From: a virus
Taxonomy: Duplodnaviria; Caudoviricetes
Strand: one strand, 5' to 3'
Length of the DNA stretch: 58,301 nucleotides
Virus record (IMG/VR): IMGVR_UViG_3300030101_000994
Coordinates: 1 to 58,301 of that record
Part shown: in pieces, positions 46,100-55,319 of the stretch
Numbering within the stretch: position 1 is the first letter of the stretch
How the letters are laid out: each line of letters opens with the position of its first letter
Position numbers and translations under genes: made by a program
The notes under the pieces: generated by a model
The model's database searches: none
The model's input: only the letters and a program-made list of their open reading frames with translations
What the model was told of the DNA's origin: nothing

Positions 46100-46987
46100 A
46101 TGGCAGAACAAGTAGAACTTGATATGGACGATGCACAAGAAAAAACAGTAGAGGTAAATGAAAAACCTAAAGTGGCTACAGAGGATACACCTACTGTTGA
46201 TTTAGGATATACAGATCATGATACAGGAACAGCTAAAGTAAAAGTAGAAGAAGAACCTAAAGATGATTTAACTGAAATATCAGGAAACGTACAAAAACGT
46301 ATAGATAAATTAACAAGAAACTGGAGAGAATCTCAAAGAAGAGAGCAAGCCGCATTAGATTATGCAAAAGGTTTACAGCAAAAATATGCAGATATAGAAA
46401 AAAATTATTCAGCTGTAGATGAAAACTATGTTAAAGAATATGATGCAAGAGTCGATGCAGAAAGAGAGCAAGTTAAAAAAAGTCTACAAGAAGCTATAGA
46501 AGCACAAGATTCTAAAAAAATTATGGAAGCTAATGATCAACTCACAAAACTTGCAGTTGAAAAAGAAAAAGCTAGGATTAAAATACAACAAAAAGAAACA
46601 CAAAAAGAAGAACAAAAAAAACAACCTACACAAGAGCAAATACAGCAACCAGCACAACCAAGTCCAAGAGCTCAGGAATGGGCAGGTGATAATGAATGGT
46701 TTGGTAAAGATAAAGCTATGACTAATGCTGCTTTTGGAATTCATGAAGATTTAATCCAAAAGGGGTTTGACGCAGAAAGCGAAGAGTATTATGCTGAAGT
46801 AGATAAGCAAATGAGGGGATATTTCCCAAATAAGTTTGTTGATGAGACAAAACCCGTTCAAACTGTTGCCTCAGCGGGCCGTAAACAGCAAGGACGTAAA
46901 ACTGTGAGACTCACTCGATCACAGGTTGCAATAGCACAGAAACTAGGAGTGCCATTAGAAGAATACGCTAAATACGTGAAAGGATAA
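46100..46987 (+). CDS. Putative capsid scaffolding protein
   Basis: Acidic N-terminus, VQKRIDKLT coiled coil, W..NEWFG, C-terminal AQKLGVPLEEYAK. Confidence 0.65.
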   Translation: MAEQVELDMDDAQEKTVEVNEKPKVATEDTPTVDLGYTDHDTGTAKVKVEEEPKDDLTEISGNVQKRIDKLTRNWRESQRREQAALDYAKGLQQKYADIEKNYSAVDENYVKEYDARVDAEREQVKKSLQEAIEAQDSKKIMEANDQLTKLAVEKEKARIKIQQKETQKEEQKKQPTQEQIQQPAQPSPRAQEWAGDNEWFGKDKAMTNAAFGIHEDLIQKGFDAESEEYYAEVDKQMRGYFPNKFVDETKPVQTVASAGRKQQGRKTVRLTRSQVAIAQKLGVPLEEYAKYVKG

Positions 46988-46989
46988 AT

Positions 46990-47460
46990 ATGACTGAAAA
47001 ATTAGATAGAACTTCACGCAGTTCAAGGGAGAAGGTAGAAACACGTAATAAACCTTGGACTCCTCCATCAAGTCTGGATGCACCCCCTGCACCAAAAGGG
47101 TTCAAGCATCGTTGGATAAGAACAGAAAGCATTGGTTTTATGGATACAGGTAATGTATCTAAAAAACTAAGAGAAGGTTGGGAATTTGTACGAGCAGAAG
47201 AAGTCAAAAACCAACTTGGCGATCACGATTATCCAGTTGTGCAACAAGGACAATATCAGGGGTTAATCGGGGTTGGTGGCCTTGTGTTGGCAAGGATACC
47301 TGAAGAAGTAGTCGAACAACGCAAAAAATATTTCGAGAATATTACAGCAGATCAAGTTAAATCCGTTGACAACGACATTCTAAGGGAGCAACGTCCTGAG
47401 ATGCCTGTCAATATTGACAGACAATCTAGGGTAAGTTTTGGTGGCTCTCGCAAAAAGTGA
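46990..47460 (+). CDS. Head-module hypothetical protein
   Basis: WTPPSSLDAP..HRWIR..REGWEFV..GGLVLARIP. Confidence 0.7.
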   Translation: MTEKLDRTSRSSREKVETRNKPWTPPSSLDAPPAPKGFKHRWIRTESIGFMDTGNVSKKLREGWEFVRAEEVKNQLGDHDYPVVQQGQYQGLIGVGGLVLARIPEEVVEQRKKYFENITADQVKSVDNDILREQRPEMPVNIDRQSRVSFGGSRKK

Positions 47461-47469
47461 GAGTTTTTT
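47444..47469 (+). terminator. Weak intrinsic terminator
   Basis: GCTCTCGC-AAAAA-GTGAGAGT followed by T residues. Confidence 0.45.
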
Positions 47470-47495
47470 GTTAATTATTTTTAAGGAAATAAAAT

Positions 47496-48140
47496 ATGGC
47501 TAATACTAACGTATCGTTTGGCTTGAGACCTTTATCAAGATTAGGTTCAAGTTATAACACTACAGGTACTACTGAATACAGAATAGCCTCTGACAACTCC
47601 AATAGAATTTACCAAGGGATGCCTGTAATACCTACAGCAGCAGGGGTCATTGATGATCTTCAAGCAGCAGCAGGTGGAACAGTTTCTATCTTAGGTGTTT
47701 TCTATGGTTGCGAGTATGTTTCTAGTACCACAGGAGAAAGAATTTTCTCAAACAACTGGCCTGGATCTGGAGCTGATGCAAATCATCCAGTAAAGGCTTT
47801 CATTTATGACGATCCAATGCAATTATTTGTAATAGCAGCTGATGCAGGCGGTGGCAGTTTTGATACCGAGTCTGAAATTAGAGCAGCAATATTTTTAAAT
47901 GTGCAACTAGCAAATGGAAATAGTGGTAATAACACTACTGGTATTTCTACTGCTGTCGCAGATTTAAGTACAGCTGCTGATACTGCTTCTTTTCCTCTAC
48001 GTATTGTGGGTATTCAAGAAGATCCTGAAAACTCTGACTTTACAGCAGCAGGTATTCCGTTGATCGTTCGTATTAATAATCACTTTAATGCACCGAACGG
48101 CTCTATAGTCCAAGGTACAGTTTCAAACACAGGAGTATAA
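47496..48140 (+). CDS. Putative capsid decoration / minor head protein
   Basis: MAN...FGLRP; GVFYGCEY; immediately upstream of the major capsid gene. Confidence 0.6.
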   Translation: MANTNVSFGLRPLSRLGSSYNTTGTTEYRIASDNSNRIYQGMPVIPTAAGVIDDLQAAAGGTVSILGVFYGCEYVSSTTGERIFSNNWPGSGADANHPVKAFIYDDPMQLFVIAADAGGGSFDTESEIRAAIFLNVQLANGNSGNNTTGISTAVADLSTAADTASFPLRIVGIQEDPENSDFTAAGIPLIVRINNHFNAPNGSIVQGTVSNTGV

Positions 48141-48143
48141 AGC

Positions 48144-49055
48144 ATGGCAATATCTAGAACACAATTAGTTAAAGAGTTAGAACCAGGCTTGAACGCACTT
48201 TTCGGTTTGGAATATAACAGGTATGAAAACGAACATGCAGAAATATACATATCAGAAACTTCTGACAGAGCTTTTGAAGAAGAAGTAATGTTAAGTGGTT
48301 TTGGATCTGCTCCAGTTAAAGCTGAGGGTCAAGCAGTTCAATTTGATGATGCAAATGAATCTTTTACAGCAAGGTACACACATGAGACTATTGCTATGGC
48401 TTTTGCTATTACAGAAGAAGCTATTGAAGATAATTTGTATGACAGATTAGCTGGTAGGTACACAAGAGCTTTGGCTAGAAGTATGGCAAATACTAAGCAA
48501 GTAAAAGCTGCAAATGTTCTTAACAACGCATTTAACGCATCCTTTACTGGTGGTGACGGAGTTGAGTTATGTGCAACTAATCATCCGCTATTAAATGGTG
48601 GAACTTTTAGAAATGAATTAGCAACAGCTGCTGATTTGTCTGAAACATCACTAGAACAAGCATTAATTGACATTTCTGCTTTCGTTGATGAAAGAGGTTT
48701 AAAAATTTCTACTCAAGGGTTAAAATTGATAATTCCTAAAGAATTACAATTTACAGCTGAGAGAATTTTAAAATCTCCACAGAGAGTTGGTACTGCTGAT
48801 AATGACATTAATGCTATGGCTAACATGGGTATGATTCCACAAGGTTATAGAATTAATCATTTCTTAACAGATACTGATGCTTTCTTCATTATGACAGATG
48901 CTCCTAACGGTATGAAACAATTTGTTAGAGCACCTATTAAAACAGCTATCGAAGGAGATTTTGATACTGGTAATGTAAGATTCAAAGCAAGAGAGAGATA
49001 TTCATTTGGATTCTCCGATCCTAGAGGTGTTTTTGGCTCACCTGGTGCTGCTTAA
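48144..49055 (+). CDS. Major capsid protein (HK97 fold, Mu gpT-like)
   Basis: MAISR..LVKELEPGLNALFG, ITEEAIEDNLY, GDFDTGNVRFKARERYSFG. Confidence 0.9.
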   Translation: MAISRTQLVKELEPGLNALFGLEYNRYENEHAEIYISETSDRAFEEEVMLSGFGSAPVKAEGQAVQFDDANESFTARYTHETIAMAFAITEEAIEDNLYDRLAGRYTRALARSMANTKQVKAANVLNNAFNASFTGGDGVELCATNHPLLNGGTFRNELATAADLSETSLEQALIDISAFVDERGLKISTQGLKLIIPKELQFTAERILKSPQRVGTADNDINAMANMGMIPQGYRINHFLTDTDAFFIMTDAPNGMKQFVRAPIKTAIEGDFDTGNVRFKARERYSFGFSDPRGVFGSPGAA

Positions 49056-49074
49056 AAATCTCTAACGATAAACT

Positions 49075-49106
49075 AAAAGAGGGGACTTACATTGTCCCCT
49101 TTTTTT
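49075..49106 (+). terminator. Intrinsic terminator after the major capsid gene
   Basis: AGGGGAC-TTACATT-GTCCCCT followed by a T-run. Confidence 0.85.
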
Positions 49107-49119
49107 ATGTATACTGTAA

Positions 49120-49180
49120 TTACCAAGATTAATAATGGATATAGACTGGCTTGGCAGATACCCTAGAAAACTATATCTAC
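49120..49180 (+). ncRNA. Structured, possibly pseudoknotted RNA downstream of the capsid gene (possibly Mu-gpT-DE-like)
   Basis: GATATAG/CTATATC stem; inner CTG-GCTTGG-CAG hairpin whose loop can pair with upstream CCAAG. Confidence 0.5.
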
Positions 49181-49195
49181 AACTAGGAGAAAATT

Positions 49196-49657
49196 ATGGG
49201 AACAACTACTTTTTCAGGTCCTATTAAAGCAGGAACAATTAAAGAAACAACTGGTACTACAATAGGTACAGATATTAAAAATACTGGACAGGTTGTAATG
49301 GTGCAAACATTTGCAGTTAGTTTAGCAGCTGGAGCTGTTGCAGCAGCAGTGCAAGATGTTGTGATACCAGCAAATTCACAAATAATTGATTGTGTTATCG
49401 ATGTAATAACAGCAGCAAATACTGGCACTAACATAAGTGTGGGTGATACTGTTGGAGGTGCCGCTACACTTGTAAATACGTTTGGTATAGGAACTACAGC
49501 TGGTAGAAAATATCCAACAACTGAATCAGGCGGAGCTTTAGCTTGGGAAGATGTGGGTACTTCAGATATAAGATTAACTTTTACATCTTCTGCTACAACA
49601 AACGCAGGTGAAGTAAGAGTATCTGTTTTATATCAACAAAACACTAACTTAGCATAA
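49196..49657 (+). CDS. Putative virion structural protein
   Basis: AGGAG RBS; MGTTTFSGPIKAG; T/A/G/V-rich. Confidence 0.65.
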   Translation: MGTTTFSGPIKAGTIKETTGTTIGTDIKNTGQVVMVQTFAVSLAAGAVAAAVQDVVIPANSQIIDCVIDVITAANTGTNISVGDTVGGAATLVNTFGIGTTAGRKYPTTESGGALAWEDVGTSDIRLTFTSSATTNAGEVRVSVLYQQNTNLA

Positions 49658-49669
49658 TAGAGGTAAACA

Positions 49670-49978
49670 ATGAACTCAGATATAGGAGCAAAAACGCTTA
49701 CCTCGACTGGTTCAATTCAGTCAGGTAGAACAAGGTTGCTATCTATTTATTATGTTGGTCATGCGTCAGCTGGAAGTTTAACGTTTAAAGATGGTGGGGG
49801 TAGTGGTACTCAAAAGCTAGTTATTGCTACACCTGCTGGAAGTGCAGCTGATCAATATCAAGTTGATATGCCTTTAGATGGTTTACTTTTTAAAACTGAT
49901 ATGCACTTGACTATTAGCAACGTAACCTCTGTTACTGTTTTTGTAACACCGATTACTGCTGATACTGATAATGGCTAG
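49670..49978 (+). CDS. Putative virion structural protein
   Basis: Small beta-rich ORF, GAGG RBS. Confidence 0.6.
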   Translation: MNSDIGAKTLTSTGSIQSGRTRLLSIYYVGHASAGSLTFKDGGGSGTQKLVIATPAGSAADQYQVDMPLDGLLFKTDMHLTISNVTSVTVFVTPITADTDNG

Positions 49979-50255
49979 AAAACCAGATAAACAGCCGCCT
50001 AGAACTAAGAAGTATTACAGATCTACTAAGTCTGGAGCGGGAATGACTAAAGCTGGGGTTGCTAAATATCGAAGAGACAACCCTGGCAGTAAATTAAAAA
50101 CTGCTGTTACAGGTAAAGTAAAAAAAGGTAGTACGGCTGCAAAAAGACGTAAATCATTTTGTGCAAGAAGTGCTGGTCAGATGAAAAAATTTCCTAAAGC
50201 AGCTAAAAATCCTAATTCAAGATTGCGACAAGCAAGACGTAGATGGAAGTGTTAA
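49971..50255 (+). CDS. Small highly basic protein (DUF6321-like)
   Basis: GAGMTKAGV..NPGSKLK..KRRKSFCARS..ARRRWKC. Confidence 0.7.
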   Translation: MARKPDKQPPRTKKYYRSTKSGAGMTKAGVAKYRRDNPGSKLKTAVTGKVKKGSTAAKRRKSFCARSAGQMKKFPKAAKNPNSRLRQARRRWKC

Positions 50256-50717
50256 ATGAAACTATCAGATAATTTTAGCTTACATGAATTTACTAGGTCT
50301 CAAACTGCAATTAGAAATAACATTGACAATACACCAAGCGATAAACAAATATTTAATTTACGTAATTTATGTATTCATATTTTACAGCCAGTAAGAGATT
50401 ATTTTCAACAGCCCATGACTATAAGTTCAGGTTTTCGATGTGTCGAACTTAATTTAAAAATTGGGGGCAGTATTACTTCTCAACATGTGCAAGGTCAAGC
50501 AGCAGACATTGAGGTTCATAAGGTAGGAAACTTAGAGTTAAGTGATTGGATACATAATAATATGAAATACGATCAGTTAATATTAGAGTTTCACAAACCT
50601 GAAGAAGATCCTCATTCAGGATGGGTGCATGTATCTTACAGCACAGAAAATAATCGATTTGAATATAAAGAAGCATATAAAAATAAAGAAGGGAAAACAA
50701 GGTATAGGTTACGATAA
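50256..50717 (+). CDS. Peptidase M15A endolysin
   Basis: LSDNFSLHEF, SSGFR, SQHVQGQAAD, WVHVS. Confidence 0.9.
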   Translation: MKLSDNFSLHEFTRSQTAIRNNIDNTPSDKQIFNLRNLCIHILQPVRDYFQQPMTISSGFRCVELNLKIGGSITSQHVQGQAADIEVHKVGNLELSDWIHNNMKYDQLILEFHKPEEDPHSGWVHVSYSTENNRFEYKEAYKNKEGKTRYRLR

Positions 50718-50863
50718 TGGCAATGAATAGAGGCAGTATGAGACAACAAATAACAAAAGGTCCTATGAAGAAAAAAGTAGGATTATATAAAAAAGGTAAA
50801 AGAGTTAGAGTAGTACAAGGAAACAAAGGTAGACTTGTTAGAAATAATATTAGAACACGCTAG
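50717..50863 (+). CDS. Small basic protein (48 aa, not in ORF track)
   Basis: MAMNRGSMRQQITKGPMKKKVGLYKKGKRVRVVQGNKGRLVRNNIRTR; TAATG overlap with the upstream stop. Confidence 0.6.
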   Translation: MAMNRGSMRQQITKGPMKKKVGLYKKGKRVRVVQGNKGRLVRNNIRTR

Positions 50864-50892
50864 TAGACAGAACGGTAGCAAAAGTTTAAAAT
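50864..50892 (+). promoter_or_regulatory. Sigma70-like promoter
   Basis: TAGACA-17-TAAAAT. Confidence 0.5.
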
Positions 50893-50910
50893 ATAAAAAA
50901 AGGAAACAAC

Positions 50911-51210
50911 ATGACAAAATTATGCCCAAGAGGAAAAGCAGCAGCAAAAAGAAAGTTCAAAGTTTACCCCTCGGCCTATGCAAACGCTTACGCTTCAAAA
51001 ATTTGTGCAGGTAAAATAAAAGACCCGAGTGGAGTAAAACGTAAAGATTTTAAAGGACCTAAACCAGCAAAACAGGGAGGTGTTATGAATATGAATGACG
51101 GTGGTATGATGCCTCAAGGAACAGGTTCTTATATTAAACAAGATATAGACGGTGATGAAAGTTTTACAAACCCATCTACACAAGATTATTACAGAGATTT
51201 ATTAGGATAA
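50911..51210 (+). CDS. Small basic protein
   Basis: KLCPRGKAAAKRKFKVYPSAYAN; AKQGG, MNDGG; ends YYRDLLG. Confidence 0.7.
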   Translation: MTKLCPRGKAAAKRKFKVYPSAYANAYASKICAGKIKDPSGVKRKDFKGPKPAKQGGVMNMNDGGMMPQGTGSYIKQDIDGDESFTNPSTQDYYRDLLG

Positions 51211-51503
51211 TGTCTGGTTTAAAAAAATGGTTTGCTCAAAAGTGGGTAGACATTGGTAGTAAGAAAAAAGATGGCACATTTGCTAAATGTGGTAGAAGCA
51301 AACAAAAAGCAGATGCCAAAAGAAAATACCCAAAGTGTGTTCCTTTAGCAAAAGCTAGAAGAATGACTGAAGGACAAAGAAAAAGTGCTGTTAAAAGAAA
51401 AAGAGCAAAAGCACAAGGAGTTGGTGGTAAGCCAACTAATGTTAAAACGTTCACTGCTTACAAAGGTGGTTTAGCCGATAAATATTATGAAGGAGTTTTA
51501 TAA
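51210..51503 (+). CDS. Small basic protein
   Basis: GLKKWFAQKWVDI..YPKCVP; AYKGG; ends YYEGVL. Confidence 0.7.
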   Translation: MSGLKKWFAQKWVDIGSKKKDGTFAKCGRSKQKADAKRKYPKCVPLAKARRMTEGQRKSAVKRKRAKAQGVGGKPTNVKTFTAYKGGLADKYYEGVL

Positions 51504-51973
51504 TGTCTAGAATGAAACAATTACAAGCTTTAGCCAAAGAAGCTAGGGAAAAAGGCGATAGAGATAAATATGAAATGATACGAGGAGACATATTTAAGGA
51601 GTTTGACTTTGACATAGGTAAGTTTGGTTTAGGTGGTCTTTTATATAAAAAAGGTAAAAAGTTATTAGAAAAATCAGGTTTAATTGATGACCTACCTTCT
51701 ATGTATCGTAAAATGCGAGATGCTAAAGATAAAGGTGATTTTAAAAAATTTAAAAAATACAAATCTAAATCTACAAACGTAGTAAAAGATAGTAAAAGTA
51801 TGAAACAGTTTCAAAAAGAGTTAGATGAAGATTTACCTTTACCAAAAAATTTTAAACCAACTAAAAAGAAACCAGAAGGTAAAGTAGTTAGTATAACAAA
51901 AAAAAGTATGGGTGGTGAAGTTAGGGGTATTGGTAAAGCTATCAGAGGTTTTAATTTTAAGGGTGTTAGATAG
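51503..51973 (+). CDS. Basic hypothetical protein
   Basis: FGLGG, KSMGG; ends RGIGKAIRGFNFKGVR. Confidence 0.65.
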   Translation: MSRMKQLQALAKEAREKGDRDKYEMIRGDIFKEFDFDIGKFGLGGLLYKKGKKLLEKSGLIDDLPSMYRKMRDAKDKGDFKKFKKYKSKSTNVVKDSKSMKQFQKELDEDLPLPKNFKPTKKKPEGKVVSITKKSMGGEVRGIGKAIRGFNFKGVR

Positions 51974-52662
51974 TGGTTACATCAGGCACTACAGCTTTTG
52001 ATTTAGACATCGATGATATAATACAAGAATCTTATGAGCGTTGTGGTATCAGAACAAACTCTGGTTATGATTTAAAATCTGCAAGAAGAAGTTTAAATAT
52101 ATTGTTTTCTGAATGGGGTAATAGAGGTATTCATTTATGGAAAGTTACTTTGAAAGAACAAGAGCTTACCGCTGGAACAGCTACGTACACAGCACCAACA
52201 GATGCAAACGCCATATTAGAGGCTTATGTGAGCACTACAACAGGTACTACTACTTCTACAAATGACGTGTCTTTAACTAAAATAAGCAGAAGTCAATATG
52301 CAGCTTTACCCAATAAAGGTTCACGTGGACAACCTAGTCAATATTATGTTGACAGGCAAACTACCCCTACGATAACTTTGTATCAAACTCCTGATGCGAG
52401 TACCTATACGTATGTAAAATATTATTACATGAAGAGGATAGAAGATGTCGGTGCATACACTAATCAAGCAGACGTGGTATTTCGATTTATACCCTGTATG
52501 GTTGCAGGTCTTGCATATTATCTCTCTATGAAAAAAGCTCCTAATCTTATACAAGCTACTAAATTAGTTTATGAAGATGAATTACAAAGAGCATTGACAG
52601 AAGATGGACAAAGAACTTCTGTGTATATTACTCCACAAACTTTTTATCCACAAGGTGCATAA
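51973..52662 (+). CDS. Head-tail adaptor / tail tubular A-like protein
   Basis: TSGT..FDL..ERCG..ARRSLN..W.NRG; GQPSQYY; GLAYYL. Confidence 0.6.
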   Translation: MVTSGTTAFDLDIDDIIQESYERCGIRTNSGYDLKSARRSLNILFSEWGNRGIHLWKVTLKEQELTAGTATYTAPTDANAILEAYVSTTTGTTTSTNDVSLTKISRSQYAALPNKGSRGQPSQYYVDRQTTPTITLYQTPDASTYTYVKYYYMKRIEDVGAYTNQADVVFRFIPCMVAGLAYYLSMKKAPNLIQATKLVYEDELQRALTEDGQRTSVYITPQTFYPQGA

Positions 52663-53042
52663 TGCCTTACGCAAGAGGTAAAAAATCAAAAGCAATATCC
52701 GACAGGTCAGGTATGGAGTTTCCATATACAGAAATGGTTAAAGAATGGAATGGTTCTTTTGTGCATCGTTCTGAGTATGAAGCTAAACATCCACAAATTG
52801 AAAGAAAGAAAATAAGTGCAGATGCTATTGCTTTACAAAATGCTAGACCAATGCACCCTGATACACAAAAAGATTTTGTTTTGTATATTAGTAATGGATT
52901 TTTTTCTGAAACAAAAGATACTGGTATAACAGGTGGAGCAAGTATGACTGTTGCAGGTAGTGACAATATTTTAGGAACTAAATTAACATCAGTGCAAGCA
53001 ACTGTTTCTGTAGGCACTAATTTTACTGTGGTGATTTCATGA
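52662..53042 (+). CDS. Virion/neck hypothetical protein
   Basis: YARGKKSKAISDRSG..EWNG..KHPQ..ARP. Confidence 0.65.
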   Translation: MPYARGKKSKAISDRSGMEFPYTEMVKEWNGSFVHRSEYEAKHPQIERKKISADAIALQNARPMHPDTQKDFVLYISNGFFSETKDTGITGGASMTVAGSDNILGTKLTSVQATVSVGTNFTVVIS

Positions 53043-53686
53043 CAATAACGCACTCAGCTTTTTTAACACAAGTTAGAAATTATACAGAAGTAGACTCAAA
53101 TGTTTTATCGGACACTTTGATTGATCAATTTATAAGAAACACAGAATTAGATATAGCTAGTAAAGTAGATTACGATGACATAAGAGAATATGTAACAGCA
53201 GTTACAGGAACTTTAAGGTTTTTAAATGTTCCTGATGATTGTATAAGTATTCGATCTGTGCAAATTATAAACAGTAGTACAAGAGATTTTTTGGAAAAAA
53301 GAGACACTTCTTTTATAGCAGAATTTAATCCAACAGACGCAACAGGACAACCAAAATATTATGCAAACTGGGATGATAAAAATATTGTGTTTGCTCCTGT
53401 GCCTGATCAAGCTTACGAGATACAATTAAATTATATAAGAGACCCACAGCATTTTACATCTACACAAAACACTTTTTTGTCTCAACACGCAGAAAATTTA
53501 TTATTGTATGGTGTTTTAGTAGAGTGTTTTAGTTATTTAAAAGGCCCTATGGATATGTACAACTTGTATAAAACTAAGTATAATGAAGAGATACAAACAT
53601 TTATGCTTACACAAATGGGTAAACGTAGACGTGCAGATTATGATGATGGTGTAATGAGATTACCTGTTCAATCTCCTTCACCTTAA
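53039..53686 (+). CDS. Second adaptor-like (neck) protein
   Basis: VRNYTE, GQPKYYA, APVPD, LLLYGVLVE. Confidence 0.6.
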   Translation: MTITHSAFLTQVRNYTEVDSNVLSDTLIDQFIRNTELDIASKVDYDDIREYVTAVTGTLRFLNVPDDCISIRSVQIINSSTRDFLEKRDTSFIAEFNPTDATGQPKYYANWDDKNIVFAPVPDQAYEIQLNYIRDPQHFTSTQNTFLSQHAENLLLYGVLVECFSYLKGPMDMYNLYKTKYNEEIQTFMLTQMGKRRRADYDDGVMRLPVQSPSP

Positions 53687-53703
53687 CTTTATAGGAGAAA
53701 AAT

Positions 53704-54144
53704 ATGGCAATAACAACAAGTGCAGTGTGTAATGTTTTTAAAACAGATGTTTTAAAAGGGGTACACAATTTTACAGCAGCACCTACTGGAAACACTTTTA
53801 AATTAAGTATGTACACTAGCTCTGCTACTTTAGGAAAATCAACAACTTCTTTTACAACTGACAATCAAGTATCTTCACCATCTGGCTACACCAGTGGTGG
53901 TAAAGCTTTGGTTGCTGTAACACCTGTGTTAAGCAGTGATACAGCGGTAGTAGACTTTGCTGATTTATCTTTTGTGGGTGTATCTCTTACTGCAAGAGGT
54001 GCTTTAATCTATAATGACTCAGCTTCTGGAGATCCAGCAGTTGCAGTTCTAGATTTTGGTGGAGATAAAACAGCTACTTCAGGTACATTTACAATACAGT
54101 TTCCTACTGCAAACTCATCAAGTGCTATTATTAGAATAGCTTAA
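53704..54144 (+). CDS. Tail-associated structural protein
   Basis: AGGAG RBS; FK..LKGVHNF, GYTSGGK, ARGALIYN, LDFGGDK. Confidence 0.65.
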   Translation: MAITTSAVCNVFKTDVLKGVHNFTAAPTGNTFKLSMYTSSATLGKSTTSFTTDNQVSSPSGYTSGGKALVAVTPVLSSDTAVVDFADLSFVGVSLTARGALIYNDSASGDPAVAVLDFGGDKTATSGTFTIQFPTANSSSAIIRIA

Positions 54145-54159
54145 TAGGAGACTTGTTCA

Positions 54160-55305
54160 GTGACTACTAGAACATTAACTATTACTGTTGTTGGTGGTAA
54201 TCCCTCTAATCATCCGTATCATAATGTTGGTTCTAGTAATAAATATGCAATAGATGGTTCTACTGCTACAGCAGATGTAACATTATATTTAGCTGAAGGT
54301 GGAACTTATGTATTTGATCAATCCGATAACACTAATAGTGGACATCCTTTAAGGTTTTCTACAACTGCTAATGGAACACATTCTGGAGGAAGTGAATATA
54401 CTACAGGTGTAACTGTAACAGGAGTACCTGGAAATTCTGGTGCAAAAACTACTATTGTTGTAGCCGATTCTGCACCTACTTTATATTACTATTGCACACA
54501 ACATTCCAACATGGGTTGGACTGCGAATACTGTGAACGCTACTTCTTGGGGTGTTTTATCTTGGGGCGAAGGAGCTTGGGGTGATCAAAATGACATATCT
54601 GTATCTGTTACTGGAGTAGCATCTACTACTGCTATAGGTTCTGTAACTATTGATGATGAATTTTTAATTGGCGTAGGTTGGGGTCGAGGAACTTGGGGTA
54701 ATAGAGTTTGGGATGGTGTATATTCCGTCATACCAACTGGCGTAGCTGCAACATCTGCAATAGGAACAGCGACAGCAAGTATTTCATTTACAGCATCTGT
54801 AACAGGAGTGTCTAGCACTTCTGCTGTAGGTAGTGTAACTACAACACAAGGAGTAGAGATAACTCCGACTGGTCAGGAGTTGACTGGTTCTGTAGGAACT
54901 GTTGATTTTGACGGAGATGCTTCAACTGGAGTAACAGGTGTTGCAATGACATCAGCGGTAGGAGAGTCAATCATTGCACCAATTACCTTAGTTGATGTTA
55001 CAGGTGTAGCTCTTACAAGTGCTCTTGGTGATATTGTAATAGAAATGACAGGAGCAGTAAATGTAACAGGTGTATCTTCAACAGCATCAATTGGTTCTAT
55101 AACACCAATATCAGGCTATGATGTTACTGGAGTAGCCATGACATCAACGGTAGGAACAGTAGCAGAAGTTACAGGCACAGGAATAGTAGATGATGTTACT
55201 GGAGTAGTATTGACGAGTAATGTTGGAAGTGTAATAATAATAGCATGGAACAGAGTAGATACTGGGACACCAGTTACCTGGACTAAGATAACTACAGCGG
55301 CATAA
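54160..55305 (+). CDS. Tail/fibre protein with cupredoxin-like N-domain and VTGV repeats
   Basis: GHPLRF...LYYYCTQHSNMG; WGxxxWG; repeated VTGVxxTSxxG. Confidence 0.65.
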   Translation: MTTRTLTITVVGGNPSNHPYHNVGSSNKYAIDGSTATADVTLYLAEGGTYVFDQSDNTNSGHPLRFSTTANGTHSGGSEYTTGVTVTGVPGNSGAKTTIVVADSAPTLYYYCTQHSNMGWTANTVNATSWGVLSWGEGAWGDQNDISVSVTGVASTTAIGSVTIDDEFLIGVGWGRGTWGNRVWDGVYSVIPTGVAATSAIGTATASISFTASVTGVSSTSAVGSVTTTQGVEITPTGQELTGSVGTVDFDGDASTGVTGVAMTSAVGESIIAPITLVDVTGVALTSALGDIVIEMTGAVNVTGVSSTASIGSITPISGYDVTGVAMTSTVGTVAEVTGTGIVDDVTGVVLTSNVGSVIIIAWNRVDTGTPVTWTKITTAA

Positions 55306-55319
55306 AAAAAGGATAAAAT

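Noticed and set aside
47405-47420. Palindrome CTGTCAATATTGACAG as promoter or operator
   Set aside because: Lies within coding sequence, has no properly spaced -10, and occurs once.
49000-49075. Programmed frameshift extending the capsid protein
   Set aside because: No convincing slippery heptamer with an open downstream frame; a terminator follows closely.
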